A stretch of 61,593 nucleotides of DNA, counting the filler, from Hausera hauseri (Eukaryota), in assembly GCA_046269625.1 (NCBI GenBank). It is 10 parts of 10 records of this genome, joined end to end, with 100 filler letters (N's around TTAATTAATTAA, not from the genome) between each part and the next. Parts side by side here need not be neighbours in the genome. Positions count along the whole stretch, not along the records: positions 25,417 to 29,984 come from JBJURY010524459.1; positions 30,085 to 34,743 come from JBJURY010486353.1; positions 34,844 to 39,589 come from JBJURY010451801.1; 7 more parts are not named here. One strand, written 5' to 3'. The translations under genes and the position numbers were made by a program. Below are positions 26,342 to 38,300 of the stretch, piece by piece (the first letter of the stretch is position 1; each line of letters opens with the position of its first letter). The notes beneath the pieces are model-generated. The model saw only the letters and a list, made by a program, of their open reading frames with translations, had not been told where the DNA came from and did not search any database.

Positions 26342-27795
26342 ATGACAGAGAGCCAAAATAAAGAAGAATTGTATGCAACTGCCCAAAATAGTTTTAAGCG
26401 TTTGTTGGAAGTAGCTTTATCGAGGGAAATCAATAGTGGACAACCGTTAGATGATCCGGAAATTTTACATGCGCTACAGGAAATGACAAATGCGATCAAC
26501 GAACCCATAAATAATTGCTATCTGGTTACTCAGTTTATGCGTGATTGCTCTGAGGGAAATTACGAATCTGTGAAGGAACATATAATCAATGCCTGTGACG
26601 TAAATGAAGTAGGACATAATGGCGAAACTGCTCTCGTGTGTGCAATTAACGCAAACAGTTACAAAATTGTAGAGTTCTTATTAAAATCAGGTGCTGATAC
26701 AAATTTACGAACTGATAAAGTCGAATCAACTCCGTTAATGGATGCAGCGAATGTTGGATTTACAGACATCGTACGTATTTTACTGGAATATGGGGCTGAT
26801 GCTGATGTTCGATCACCTACAAACAATACAGCATTACACTATGCAGCTTGTGGAGGCTACTTAGATTGCTGCAAACTATTATTAGAATATTCTAGTAGTC
26901 GACAGAGTTTAATTGAGGAACAAAATGAAAACGGTCATACAGCACTTATGGAAACAGCAACAAGCGGTTTTTTTGAAGTGACAAAATTCCTCATAGAAAA
27001 CGGAGCACTAATCAATACACCCTCAGCCGAATTCAAAGAAACAGCATTAACCCTTGCTAGTTATAAGGGTTACAGTCATATTGTACAGTTTCTTTTGGAT
27101 GCAAGTGCGGATCATGAACATTATACCGATGAAATGCACACCGCCCTAATGGAAGTCTCAATGGAAAGTCGCATAGATACGGCTCGTGTCCTTCTGGATT
27201 ATGGCGCTCAGGTTAACATGATGGTGGACAGCTTCGAATCACCTTTGACAATAGCAGCATGTAGTGGTCATACAGATCTTGCAGCATTGCTTATCAGTTT
27301 TGGTGCAGATATTGAAAAGGTTAGTGATGAAAGTTATACGCCGTTGATGGAAGCTGCTGAAGAAGGTCATTTAGATATTGTTAAATCCTTAGTCTGTATG
27401 GGGGCGAATATTGAAGCTAAAAATGCTAGTTATGAAACAAGTTTGCATTTTGCCGTTGAAAATCGCCATGTTGAGGTGTGTCGGTATTTGCTTGAATGTA
27501 ATGCAAACATCAATCGTACGTCAGAAGGCGGAAGAACTGTACTAATGAAGGCTAGTCAAGCAGGCAATTTAGAGATTGTTGAACTCCTTGTTAAAGAGGT
27601 GCAAATGTCGATCAATTAACTGATCAAGGAGATCACAATGCTCTTAGTTTGGCATGTTCTAACGGACATTGCAAGGTCGTTGAATATTTGTTTAAAGTCG
27701 GTGCTGATCCAACAATTAAATTGAAAGATAACTGTACGGTTCTCATCGAATCATTACGAGGGGACAATTTGATGTTATCGACTTATTACTGCGGG
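26342..27795 (+). pseudogene. ANKHD1: ANKHD1/ANKRD17 (Mask) N-terminal ankyrin cluster; intronless, frameshifted near 27597, truncated
   Basis: Diagnostic strings DPEIL, NENGHTALME, EFKETALTLASYKG, TDEMHTALME, DSFESPLT and SEGGRTVLMKA. After the frameshift it continues GANVDQLTDQGDHNALSLACSNGH...GADPTIKLKDNCTVLIE. No second ankyrin block or KH domain. Confidence 0.9.
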
Positions 27796-28030
27796 ACACT
27801 ACGGTCTCATTTATTTCGGTAAAATCGAACTGTTGAAACTCAGTATTTAACCCTCTGTGAAACATGCCATTGAAAATGCGTTGATAAATCCTTTTCATTA
27901 CATCAAGAACAAAAAACTCCGTTTGGATTCCAACATGAATATTACGAAAAATTTACCCGACACTGCTAATGTGTTCAAGTTTCACCTTGAATTTCAACGA
28001 AACAAACTGAACGTTTATGACTGATTTCAG

Positions 28031-28085
28031 ACATTGAATGTTGCTTTACCCGGAGGTCCAAAATTTGAGCCTTTAATGAAGGACA
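28031..28085 (+). pseudogene. PRPF8: Short PRP8 fragment fused in frame to the BLM fragment
   Basis: LNVALPGGPKFEPLMKD, versus the highly conserved PRP8 ALNMAIPGGPKFEPLVRD. Preceded by an acceptor-like TGACTGATTTCAG. Confidence 0.8.
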
Positions 28086-28686
28086 CCAAATGGTTTATTC
28101 AAAGTTTCGATAGGCCGAATTTGCGTTCGGAAGTGCGACAAAAGGCGACAAAAGAATTAACCAAAGACATAATTGATTTGATTAATTCGAAGTTCTGTGG
28201 ACAGAGTAGAATTGTTTACTGTTTGTCATGGAAGGAGTGTGATCAAGTGGCACAAGAATTGAACAAATCTGGTTTGAAAGGAAAATCATATCATGCCTGT
28301 ATGGTTGATGGTGCACGAGTAAAAGTTCAACAAATGTGGATAAACGAGAAAGATTGCAAAATAGACGGCGCTACAATTCATCTGGCATGGGTACTGATAA
28401 AGCAGATGTGAGATTCCTTATCCATTACTCGATCCCGAAATCTGTCGAGGGATATAACCGGCTGGTTGCGTGTTGTACTATTACTGCCAGGATGTTATAC
28501 GAATGCGGCGCATGATTGAGAGCGATGAAACCGGAAATCTTGAAACGAAACACCAACACGAAATACAGTTGTATAAAAAGGCGTCATTCTGTGAGAATGC
28601 GTTAGACTGTCGACAAAATCCATTTTTAAGTCATTTCGGTGGACATTTTGACAAAGCGCTATTTGAAGTGGTCCGAAATTGCGAAT
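28077..28686 (+). pseudogene. BLM: RecQ/BLM helicase fragment (helicase C-terminal domain plus RecQ Zn-binding region), with a frameshift and motif VI deleted
   Basis: [79 protein letters not shown]...HFG. Confidence 0.88.
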
Positions 28687-28721
28687 GTAAGTCGATTGAT
28701 GATGTATTTATATTTTCTGTA

Positions 28722-28859
28722 AATGATATCAGTAGTTCAATTTGTTGGCACGTTTATAAGTTAGTCCAAAAGTCAGATAGGAAGTACTATAAAGCCGTGA
28801 AATGTTATTTGAGAGCATTGAAAATAGATGAAGATAACATTCAGATATTGCCTGATTTG
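28722..28859 (+). pseudogene. NAA15: TPR-region fragment of the NatA auxiliary subunit NAA15/16
   Basis: [46 protein letters not shown], versus recalled NAA15 [46 protein letters not shown]. Confidence 0.88.
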
Positions 28860-29984
28860 AGGGGAAACTCGGTCACCCTGCAATTTGGGGCCCGCCCAGC
28901 CAGGGCGGAAGTTCCGACCACCAACCCTGCGCCAGTCGTCGGACGGCGCCTTTCGCGTCGGCCCCACACCACGTCCCCAAGCGCACTACTTCTTCCCACT
29001 CTATTTTCTTTTTCCTCAATAATACCCATATTTACACAATCACTACACCCATAACGGCGCTATAATACCTCTCACCGGAACCCTACCATCTTTCTCAAGC
29101 CACACTTACCTCCACATACATTTCCGTATCCGTGGTGGCATCAACTCTTCGCCAACCATAGACACCACGGATAAAACTACCACGAAACCAATACCTGTTA
29201 TATTGCTCCAAAAACCCATTTCTACCCCTGCTAGCAACCTCCCATCAAATACATCTTTCGCTCCTTTCCTTAACTGCACCGAATTTTTTATTGACAACCA
29301 AGGTTCCAGCAAAACTTGGTTACAATTCCATCAGCTATGGCTGCAGGCAAATAATATCACTGACTCTTTAACAAAAGCACATAATCTTCTCTTCCTACTG
29401 CCTAATAGTATCAAAACAGGCATTCACAACATCATCGAAATCTTTAAACTTCCAGACCCATATTCCCAACTTTCTAACACAGTTCTTAAGATTACAGAAC
29501 CTTTCATGGACAGAAGCATACAACGTTTCTTCCACGACAACGTTAATAGGCACCCACCGGCCATCAGAATTCTTACGTACCTCCTTAGCACATCTCCATA
29601 CCCTCGGTGTCACTAAGGAACACAACCCGGATTTACTGCGCCACTACTTCCTCAACGCGTTACCCATCTAAATCCGGGCCCTACTTACCGTGGTGAAGGA
29701 CTCTACATCGCTTGAGAAATTGGCCGAATTAGCATACAGGACACACGATGTCCTACACGTAAATTCTCCACCAGTTGTTTCAGCAGCAGTTGCCGCTAAC
29801 AATAATATATCCATAGAACAAAAACTTAATCAGGTACGTGCTGAAAATATTGCACTGCATGCAACAATCAACAGTATCAATAATAAAGTAAACGAATTGT
29901 CTCTGTCCCGACGAGGGGATTTTGTCCCTTACCGCGCCCGTTCTGCGTCTAGAAACCGCTCACCATCGCCTGCGCATTCGTCGA
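28858..29984 (+). mobile_element. Ty3/Gypsy LTR retrotransposon 5' part (GC-rich LTR-like sequence plus decayed gag)
   Basis: Abrupt GC-rich segment starting with TG. gag-like W...NNITDSLTK...PDPYSQL and IRALLTVVKDSTSLEKLAELA, closely matching the gag at about 51330-51410. Confidence 0.78.
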
Positions 29985-30084
29985 NNNNNNNNNNNNNNNN
30001 NNNNNNNNNNNNNNNNNNNNNNNNNNNNTTAATTAATTAANNNNNNNNNNNNNNNNNNNNNNNNNNNNNNNNNNNNNNNNNNNN

Positions 30085-30235
30085 ATTAAATTCTGAACAA
30101 GATAGAACTTTCAAAAAAAATTTAGTTACCAAGGAAAAAAATTTTTCTCGATAACATTAAAAATTTTCCCACGCTCAATGCTTTCTGTCCGCAAGGGGGT
30201 GGGGGTTGCGGCAGTGTCCTCACATCTACCTACTG
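30085..30235. repeat. Dispersed repeat shared with 9808-9950
   Basis: Direct sequence similarity. Confidence 0.75.
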
Positions 30236-30435
30236 TCCAGCGTGAATATTTCCGTATTGCTCCCACTTTCCTCCATTTCGTTAAAGGATACTTCCTCGAA
30301 ATTTTCCGTTTTTATAAATTTTCGTACTTTTTCCTGTGTCATTTTATCCATCGATATATCTCCGTGTCCCCTTCTTCCTGATCCGTCTATATTGTTTGAT
30401 ATACTACTTCTGTTATACATAACGATATTTTCGTA

Positions 30436-31490
30436 GCCTGAATCTATTATAGTGCCCCGATTTGCTCCACTTCTGTCGAGGCTCTGCCTTTTGGGGAAAC
30501 TGACTCTTGATCGGATTCTGTTTCTTCCTGCTGTATGTTTGCGACATCCCCCGTCTTCTGTTCAGATTATCCCCGTACCTTCTTTTAACTCTGTACGTAT
30601 CCCACCCTGGTTCTCTTCTCCTCTCCAGCCTGGTGTAGCACTCCTTTTGGGTATGTCCCTTATAGTGACATCTTGCACAGCTAAGGTTAATACAATTTCG
30701 TCTGATGTGCCCTAGCTGACCACATCCGTAGCACCGTATTGGTTTTCTTTCGGGACACCGCCAGCTTATGTGTCCCTCTTTTCCGCATCCAAAGCATTTA
30801 ATCGGTCTTTGTGTGGTGCACGTTGTGCTTGTATGTCCTTCCTTCTAGCACGTCCAACACTTTAATCTACTATTTTGCATTCTAGTAGAGTTAATGTTGA
30901 TTCTAGGAACGGGTTTCCTGATTTTTTGTGCTGCCACTTCTTGGTAGCTTCTTCTACCGATCCCCGGATACTCCTTGACCGTGTTGACTTCTTCTGTCTT
31001 AATCTTCACCTCGTGTATCTTCCGTATTTTCTCCTTTATTGTTTCCGCGTCTTGTTTTTCACTGAGGCATATTTCTCTTCTCATCTCTCTGTTGTTACAA
31101 CATTGGAACAATAGTTCCTCTTTTAGAGCCTCGCGTGAAAGATTGTGTTTTATGATTTTACCCAGCAGTTTCTCGATTGCCTCGAAGTAAGCCTCCGGTT
31201 CTGCCCCATTCATTCTGTACTCGAGCGTCTCTTTTAGATCTTCGCATACCGAAAGCCTTCCGTAGTCGGTTTTGATATCCCGTAATCCTTGCATCTACGG
31301 CCTCGTATCTTTCTAGTGCTTCTTCCTCCAAGAGACATTCAGCCATGATCTCTCGCTTTGCCGCCGGGATGTTCATGTATTTAAAGAATTTTTCACATCC
31401 TTTAATGAACCTTTCCACGTCGTCTCCTTTCCTGAATTTGTTGGGCAACAATTGGTTCGCTAAAATGTCCAATGTGGCGTAAGTCACCAT
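30436..31490 (-). mobile_element. gag: Retrotransposon gag pseudogene with four tandem CCHC zinc knuckles
   Basis: KFRKGDDVERFI..CEKFF N-terminus, then CWTC*KEGHTSTTC, CFGCGKEGHISWRC, CYGCGQLGHIRRNC and CARCHYKGHTQKEC in one frame (about 30635-30860). Confidence 0.85.
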
Positions 31491-31639
31491 CTAGGCCGCG
31501 GACGCGTCTGCCTCGTCCCCGCCCCCTGGTATGTCCGCTAAAGCAGAATTTGATCGTTTGTAATCACTCATTGCAAAGTTAACACCAGTGGTTGAAAATT
31601 TTATTGAGTCTCAAAATACTCATTTGGAAACAAATTTCC

Positions 31640-31765
31640 GACAATTCCAAAATTAAATTATACTTTTACTATTACATTTTTAATTTAAATTCATTGTCGA
31701 ATTTTAAAATTCAAAAATGTTTCTAATTTAAATTCAGAATTTCAGTTCTCAATTATTTGCTCACA
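31640..31765 (-). repeat. AT-rich dispersed repeat, an inverted copy of about 39472-39589
   Basis: Its reverse complement TGTGAGCAAATAATTGAGAACTGAAATTCTGAATTTAAATTAGAAACATTTTT matches TGTGAGGATATAATTGAGAACAGAAGTTCTAAATTTAAATTAGAAACATTTTT at 39472. Confidence 0.7.
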
Positions 31766-32100
31766 GAACGACTATCTATCACGATCCATCTTACTCCACA
31801 TTTTAACCCTGTCTACCAGCAAACTATATAATATAATCGAAGTTGAATTAATTTGAAATTTACAAAATTTTCAAATGAGGAACCGTGATGCAGGAAACGT
31901 ATACAATTACATAACCCCTTTGGGAAAAATGCCGAACACACCACAGTGCAGTACGGAAGACCTCCTGGTGAGTTAAATAAACAGAACATGGTACAAAATA
32001 TCTCAACATGGAAAAAGGTACGTCAACATTGCGAATGTCATTTTCGGAATATTTCCCACAAATCCCATCGACAAAAACGCAAAAAATATTCTGAAACAAA

Positions 32101-32400
32101 TCACTCTGAATCACTTCCGCAGTGCTTTTTGTTGCGTTTCTCATCGATTTCCCGCAATTTATCGAACAAGAAATCTGCATTTTTGAAATGTCCTTCAGTA
32201 TCTTGTTCACATGCCTGACATTTGCCTTTGAGACTTTTATACATTTGCAGAGCGCATTTGGAACAGAAATAATGCATACACCTCGTTACGACTGGATCGA
32301 CAAAATCCCCGTGACAATAACTGCAAATGTGGGGAATACTCTGACAGGCTTCGTCGTCATCATTAATAACATATTTGTCGCCACTTATTATGACATTTGA
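32101..32400 (-). pseudogene. RNF113A: RNF113/Cwc24 C-terminal RING region (last exon or isolated fragment); not in the ORF track
   Basis: IPHICSYCHGDFVDPVVTRCMHYFCSKCALQMYKSLKGKCQACEQDTEGHFKNADFLFDKL, versus recalled RNF113A [33 protein letters not shown]...[22 protein letters not shown]. The upstream CCCH finger was not found. Confidence 0.85.
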
Positions 32401-32911
32401 TCTTAAATGACGATGACTGTTTGATCAAGTCTATCGTTTTCGTTTTCAACTACTGAATCGAAGTTTTTGAACAGAAGATGTTGAAAACGTATTTTTTATA
32501 ATTTTATGAGAAAAACAATGATAAATCAATCATAAACAATTATGGTTCGGCATTAGTGTGAATAAATCAATTTTAAAGTCTTTTCAATAAATGAACAAAC
32601 ATTAAAAACTCGAGAGAATTAGATAATGCCATATGAGCGGTAGATTGACATAGTTATTGAACCTAAAACAGTCGAAATGACAAAAGAAGATTAAAACGGC
32701 TTTTATTAGTATCAGACTTTGGAAGCAATCAAATTACTGACAAATTCTAATCGACCAGGAAAAAAGGACCAGAATCGAAGTTTTCTGGAACGACTGAGAG
32801 AAAAGACTAACGCGGATAACCAATTGTATTACTCTATTTTGGAGCTTCTCACTCTAAATCAGTTGAGGTTGTTTTGTTCAGTTAAAAATAAATTTTTCAT
32901 TGTCAAAATTG

Positions 32912-33452
32912 TTATAGTTTTTCATCGCTCCTTAAGAGTGATTTGAGATCCACTAAGCAGTAAAATATTGACGTAAATTATATAGTAAAGAGTTTGTAAA
33001 CTTCTGCACAGGACACTGCATTCATTACCCAGCAAGCATTCTAAAGGAGGATACATTCGTTTAACGAGAACATTAAACCGAACTTGCATATGATTAATCT
33101 AACTTCCAGTGTAATTTACTGTTATATTCAGGAGACGTATATGGACCACCGTAACTATAGCAATACGTTTAATTTAGACTAATGCATAACATTGTTGTTA
33201 TATATTGGTGTGGCCCTTAACGATCTCCCACTATATAACAGTAATTTACTCTTGAGTTTATTAACCTTACGCAGATTCGGTTTAACGTTCTCGTTAAACG
33301 AATGTGCCAATGTGTAACAATTTTAAGAAATGCGTGTACTGCTTGCCAAATCCTGTGCACGGTTTAATTACAATTCTTGTAACTATATAAGTTTAGTAAG
33401 ATTTTAACCTTAATGTCGTCGAATCAGCCTTAAGGGCCGATGAGAAACTATA
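32912..33452. mobile_element. About 540-bp imperfect palindrome (foldback/MITE-like)
   Basis: Symmetric pairs around about 33180: TATAGTTTTTCATCGCTCCTTAAG / CTTAAGGGCCGATGAGAAACTATA; TGCACAGGA / TCCTGTGCA; ACATTCGTTTAACGAGAACATTAAACCGAA / TTCGGTTTAACGTTCTCGTTAAACGAATGT. Confidence 0.8.
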
Positions 33453-34016
33453 GAGGGAAGTTAGAACAAGAAATTCACACTTACAATATAATAAACCAAT
33501 TCAAGTATCAACACGTTCGATAATCGTCAATAATGTCGAATAATGAATTTGCCAAATAAACTTCTGTTTGCAAAACTTTTATCTCGTCCACTCTTTAATT
33601 TCGAAATCAGGAATTTTCTAGTTTCGTCTCTACAACCGACTCTAAGTCGATAACAGCTCTCTCTACTGCCAAAGGCATTTGCTTAAATAGTAGCCTACCG
33701 TGTAGGCGTTTTATCAGCTTTTCAATTTTTAATTAAATACGCGCATTGTAATAGCATATCTTTCATTTCTATGGCTATTCAATTTGTTACATTGATTAAT
33801 TCATTAATAAATAATATGTACAATTCTATGACTATTCAATTCTGTGATTATCTAACTTCATCAATAATTAATATATACAATGACAATGGCAACCTATTCT
33901 CCACGCTGTGTTTACTGACAACAATAGCGAATCTCATTGATTACAACATGAGTAAAACGCTTAGTCATAATATAATAATAATAACAACCTATTTAATAAA
34001 TGAATTTCGTTTTCAG

Positions 34017-34136
34017 AAGAAAATAACTCTGTGGAATTTCAATGTATTTGAATACGATGAATTGTGTGTCGAAAACGGCCTTTCCACTCTAGTGCAGTAT
34101 ATTTTTGAAACAGATGGATACTGTAAAAAATATAAG
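34017..34136 (+). CDS. Probable exon of a class I cyclic-nucleotide phosphodiesterase (start of the catalytic domain, PDE1-like)
   Basis: TTTTCAG acceptor (NAGNAG) and GTATAT donor. KITLWNFNVFEYDELCVENGLSTLVQYIFETDGYCKKYK fits the PDE W-x-F-D/N-V-F...L...F...F/YK segment. Confidence 0.65.
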
Positions 34137-34897
34137 GTATATATGTACTTTTATTACATTTATTATTATTATTGTTTACTTTTCATTAATTACATTAATT
34201 TAATAAACCACCAACCTTTTTTATATTGCAACGGAATAATGCCGACATGCGACATTTTTGTCTTAAAATAAGTTATACAAGTACAAAAATTTATATAGAT
34301 TAATAATATGACTAACCAATATCATCTTGCGAATGTTACATCATTTCGCACTTCTTCAATTTCCACCCTTACATGCAGACAATTTTGATATTTTCATATT
34401 TCAGTCATGTTGCTAATATTTTTACGCATGAATAACGACAGCTTACGAGCCTAATGTTTGAGGAACATTTATTAGTTCGACAGAAAATCGAGAAAACACT
34501 ACGTCAAGTATTAACTATCGAAAAATGATCGAAAGTGTTGTCTACGCACACTCAAGACTGCGATTTATAATTCATATTCATATCGATTTATTTGATCATG
34601 ACTCATCGAGTCGAAGCATGATGCAAGATAACATCGGTATTTATCTTTTCGCTAAAATCAAATTAGCGAAAAAAAATTAGAAAATCGTTATAATTAATAT
34701 TGATTGTCGATCAACTACAAATTGGCAGTTGTTTCATAACAAANNNNNNNNNNNNNNNNNNNNNNNNNNNNNNNNNNNNNNNNNNNNTTAATTAATTAAN
34801 NNNNNNNNNNNNNNNNNNNNNNNNNNNNNNNNNNNNNNNNNNNTTTAAAAGGAGAATTATGTAACTCATTATATCATTACATTATAAATCTTCCAGA

Positions 34898-35080
34898 TAT
34901 TGTGGTGCCACAGTCACTGGAGCAGCTCGATTTCTCACCAAGATACTAGTCGTCAACGTAATGCTGCTGGTGTTAAGAAGAAACCGTTTCATCCTACATA
35001 TCAATTTCGACCACCTTCAAGCAAAGAAGATTCCACCACCATTTATTCAAAAAGTGAATCATACAGAGGACATATCGACC
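34898..35080 (+). pseudogene. Degenerate AGC-kinase C-terminal fragment (S6K/RSK/MSK-like tail)
   Basis: AARFLTKILV...AAGVKKKPF (frameshift) HINFDHLQAKKIPPPFIQKVNHTEDIS resembles the INWDDLxAKKIPPPFxP....DxS pattern. Confidence 0.6.
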
Positions 35081-35390
35081 ACTATTAACACCAGCGAGTC
35101 AGTTACATCATCTCAAACTTCTTCAATATTCCTTACAGATGATGATGCCAATGATGATATTAAAATGAAACTACAATTGTCAGTGAATAGACCTTCCAAT
35201 TTTATACCAGAACAACCTGTCAGTTACAGCGTCTCACAAAGTCTTCAACATTCCTTGGGCACATCTATGATAAAAAAATATCAAAAACTGTATATATATA
35301 CGCGTTATGGTAAAATATTGATTTTAAACAATAGATTTTTAATTCTATTTGTACTTGATTCATTTGTTTTATATACTGTTTAAATTTGCT

Positions 35391-38300
35391 TTATCTATCA
35401 TTTGGATCTAAAAATAGCTCTCTCGTAGTTGTTAGGAAGGAAATTTCCAATACTCGGACTTTTGAATAATACTTTCTTAGATAAGTACTTGGTTCGTTTG
35501 GATAAGTATTGTACAGATCGAATTGTTGTTTATATTCATAACCCAATGGTATTTCACAACCCGGATTTGGTTGTCTTTGTGCGATATAACAGTATTTCAC
35601 AGGAGGGTTTCATTTATTTATTGTACTAATTGGATAGAAATTTGTCTGTCTCTTGGCAATTTTACTTTATTCTTAATCTAAATACATCGATTTTTGATGT
35701 CTTTAGAGATTTCGACAATGTTGTAATCTAGAATTCGCTTGTGGGTCGGTTTTTCGGGTCATGTTGTCTATCTTGGTTTGATTTACTTTATTGCTTTGAG
35801 GCATTTTTACTCAAAATTCTGTGATTATGTAGGCTTGAGCTACGGGCAGATTATAATAAAACATTTGAAATTTGTATTTATATGTCCGTCAAAAATCTAA
35901 TTCGCAAAATTTTACGTGGTTTCAAACGGGTTTTCTTGCTTTGAACCATGCGCATGGTTTGTTCCAATCCATGTCTTAGACTTTTATCGACTGGAAATTC
36001 TGTATATCATTTCGTCTCTCTGCATGTTATTGTTTCTCTGTTCAGTATGTATGACGGTGGGATAATTCCGTAGATATCTTCTTCTAAGTCCATTGTCCAT
36101 TGAGTCTTTACTTTTGGCATATATGAAGCAAGGAGTGATAGAGAAAGGACTGTCTGTACATATGATATCGGTCTGGTTATTATTGATGACTTGTTTATTG
36201 CTTTACTTCTACTATTCGAATTTTCATTATTCCTGCGTAGGTAATAACCTTTATTCGGCCTTATTTCCGTTTTAACAACTCTTCGTATTGATACGACTTC
36301 TTTTCCATTTTTGTTAATATAAACTGTAGTCGGCGTGGTTCTGATAACCTCATAAAATCCTCTTCCAGCTCGAGTGAGCTTCAAAGATGTGCCTTTCTTG
36401 GCTACTGGGTAATGTACATAAACCCATTTTCCTTTTTCTGGGTTATGTGGTTTAGCCTTCTTGTCGTATTGCTTTTTAAATTGTTCTTGATACCCTTCAG
36501 ACAATTCTTTTGCTACTTTCAAACACTTTTGTAAACTTGTCTATAACAGTTCCACAAAATTTTGTTCTAAATCGTCTGTTTTCGCTGTATACGGTATCAT
36601 TCCTAAGTCCGTCGGTAATATGGTTTCTCTGCCGTACATCATAAAGAATGGAGTGAATACAGTCGCACGATGTGTGTGTAGTATTAATAGCGAATTGCGT
36701 CCCTTCTAAAAATTAATCCAAATCTTTCTGGTTTTTCGCGACTACTGTTGATAAAATTCGCATGAGTGTTGCGTTCATCGTTCGACCATTCCGTTACACT
36801 GATCGTGATAAGCTGTCGCGGTTAATCGTTCAATTTCAAATATTTTGATGATTTTATAGAATAATTCACTCGTAAAATTTCTTCCTCTCTATGTTAGGAT
36901 CTGTTCAGGAGGTCCATATCTAGATATAATTTTTCTTACTACGGCTTCTGCAGGAGTTTCAGCTTTTTGATCCATTAATGCCATTAGTTCGACAAAATGA
37001 GTTAGCCGGTCTATACATGTCAGAATGTATTTATTACCTATATGAGTTGTAGGTAAAGGCCCTACAATATCCATGGATATCGCTTGTATCGGTCTGCCTG
37101 ATATGTTTATCGGTTTGAGTTCAGCAATGTATTTTTTCGCTTTTCTATGTTTGGTTGCGTATGCTTCACAAGTACTTACCCAATTTTTCACACCGATGTA
37201 TATGCTCTGCCATTAATATTTATTTATCCAAGACATGTGTCTAGCTAAGTATGAGTCATGTTCGGCCATTAGCACTTCCGTCCGTAATCCTTTTGGTATG
37301 ACTACTAATTTTCTTCCTTTTTGTCCGTAATATAACTCTTTTTAGTGGCTTTTGTTGCCTGTTACACAATATTTATGACCGTGTCTTTGCAAATTTTTCC
37401 GTAGTTGGTGACCTTTTGGCTTTATATCATTTCCTACAAACTCGATAATTCGTTGTACAACTTTTTCTTTCGTTTATTCAGTTGAGATTTTAATTGCTTT
37501 ATCCAATATTAGGGCTCGTTACCTACCTACCAGTTTTTCGAGCTGAATTTTTCTCATGACAGTAATCGCACTTGTTTTAGTTTTGAGTCTTGATAGTGCA
37601 TATGCATCGACATAATTGTTTCTGGGCTTATATTGAAATTCAATATTATATCGTGAAATCTCTTCGATCCATCTGTTGAGTCTACATGTTGGGTTATTTG
37701 CTCTACCCTTTAAGGCTGTAACAGCTTTGTAATCGGTAACGACTATAATCTTCTGTCCGTAGATATAAACGTTAAAGTGTCGTAAAGCTTCTTTCACTGC
37801 TAGCGTTTCTAATTCCGTAACAGAATAGTTCTTCTCGGCTTTCTTTAGTGATCGTCCTCTGTAAGCGATCGGATGCTCCAGCTCTTCATGTTCTCTTTTC
37901 TGAGCTAACTCGTACCCAATGCCCTCTTTACTGGCGTCAGTTTTGATTATAAACGGTAGGTTAAAATCATGATATCTTAAAACAGGTTCGCTAGTTAAGA
38001 ATTTCTTCATTTCATCAAAGGCTTTTTGTTCAACGTCGGTTCATTTCCATTTAGTTCCTTTTTTAAGTAAACGGTACAAGGGCGCATTTATTTTCGAATT
38101 GTCTGGTACATATGTGGCATAATAACCACATAAACCAATCAATTTCTTAATTCTTTTTGGTTCTGAGGTTCAATACATTCTGATATTTTGTTTAACAATG
38201 ACTTATCAGGTTTTGATCCTCCTGCTTCAACTGTATGTCCAAGATAGGTTGCTGCATTTTGAGCCCATTTACATTTCTTAGGATTCAGTTTCAATCCTGC

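Noticed and set aside
26327-27619. Intact ankyrin gene, or a bacterial/viral ankyrin effector
   Set aside because: The sequence is specifically ANKHD1/Mask-like, homology continues past a frameshift, and the gene is truncated.
31875-32020. Plus-strand QLHNPF...YGRPP resembling ABRA/Costars-family motifs
   Set aside because: Too short, with wrong spacing and an upstream stop; cannot be supported.
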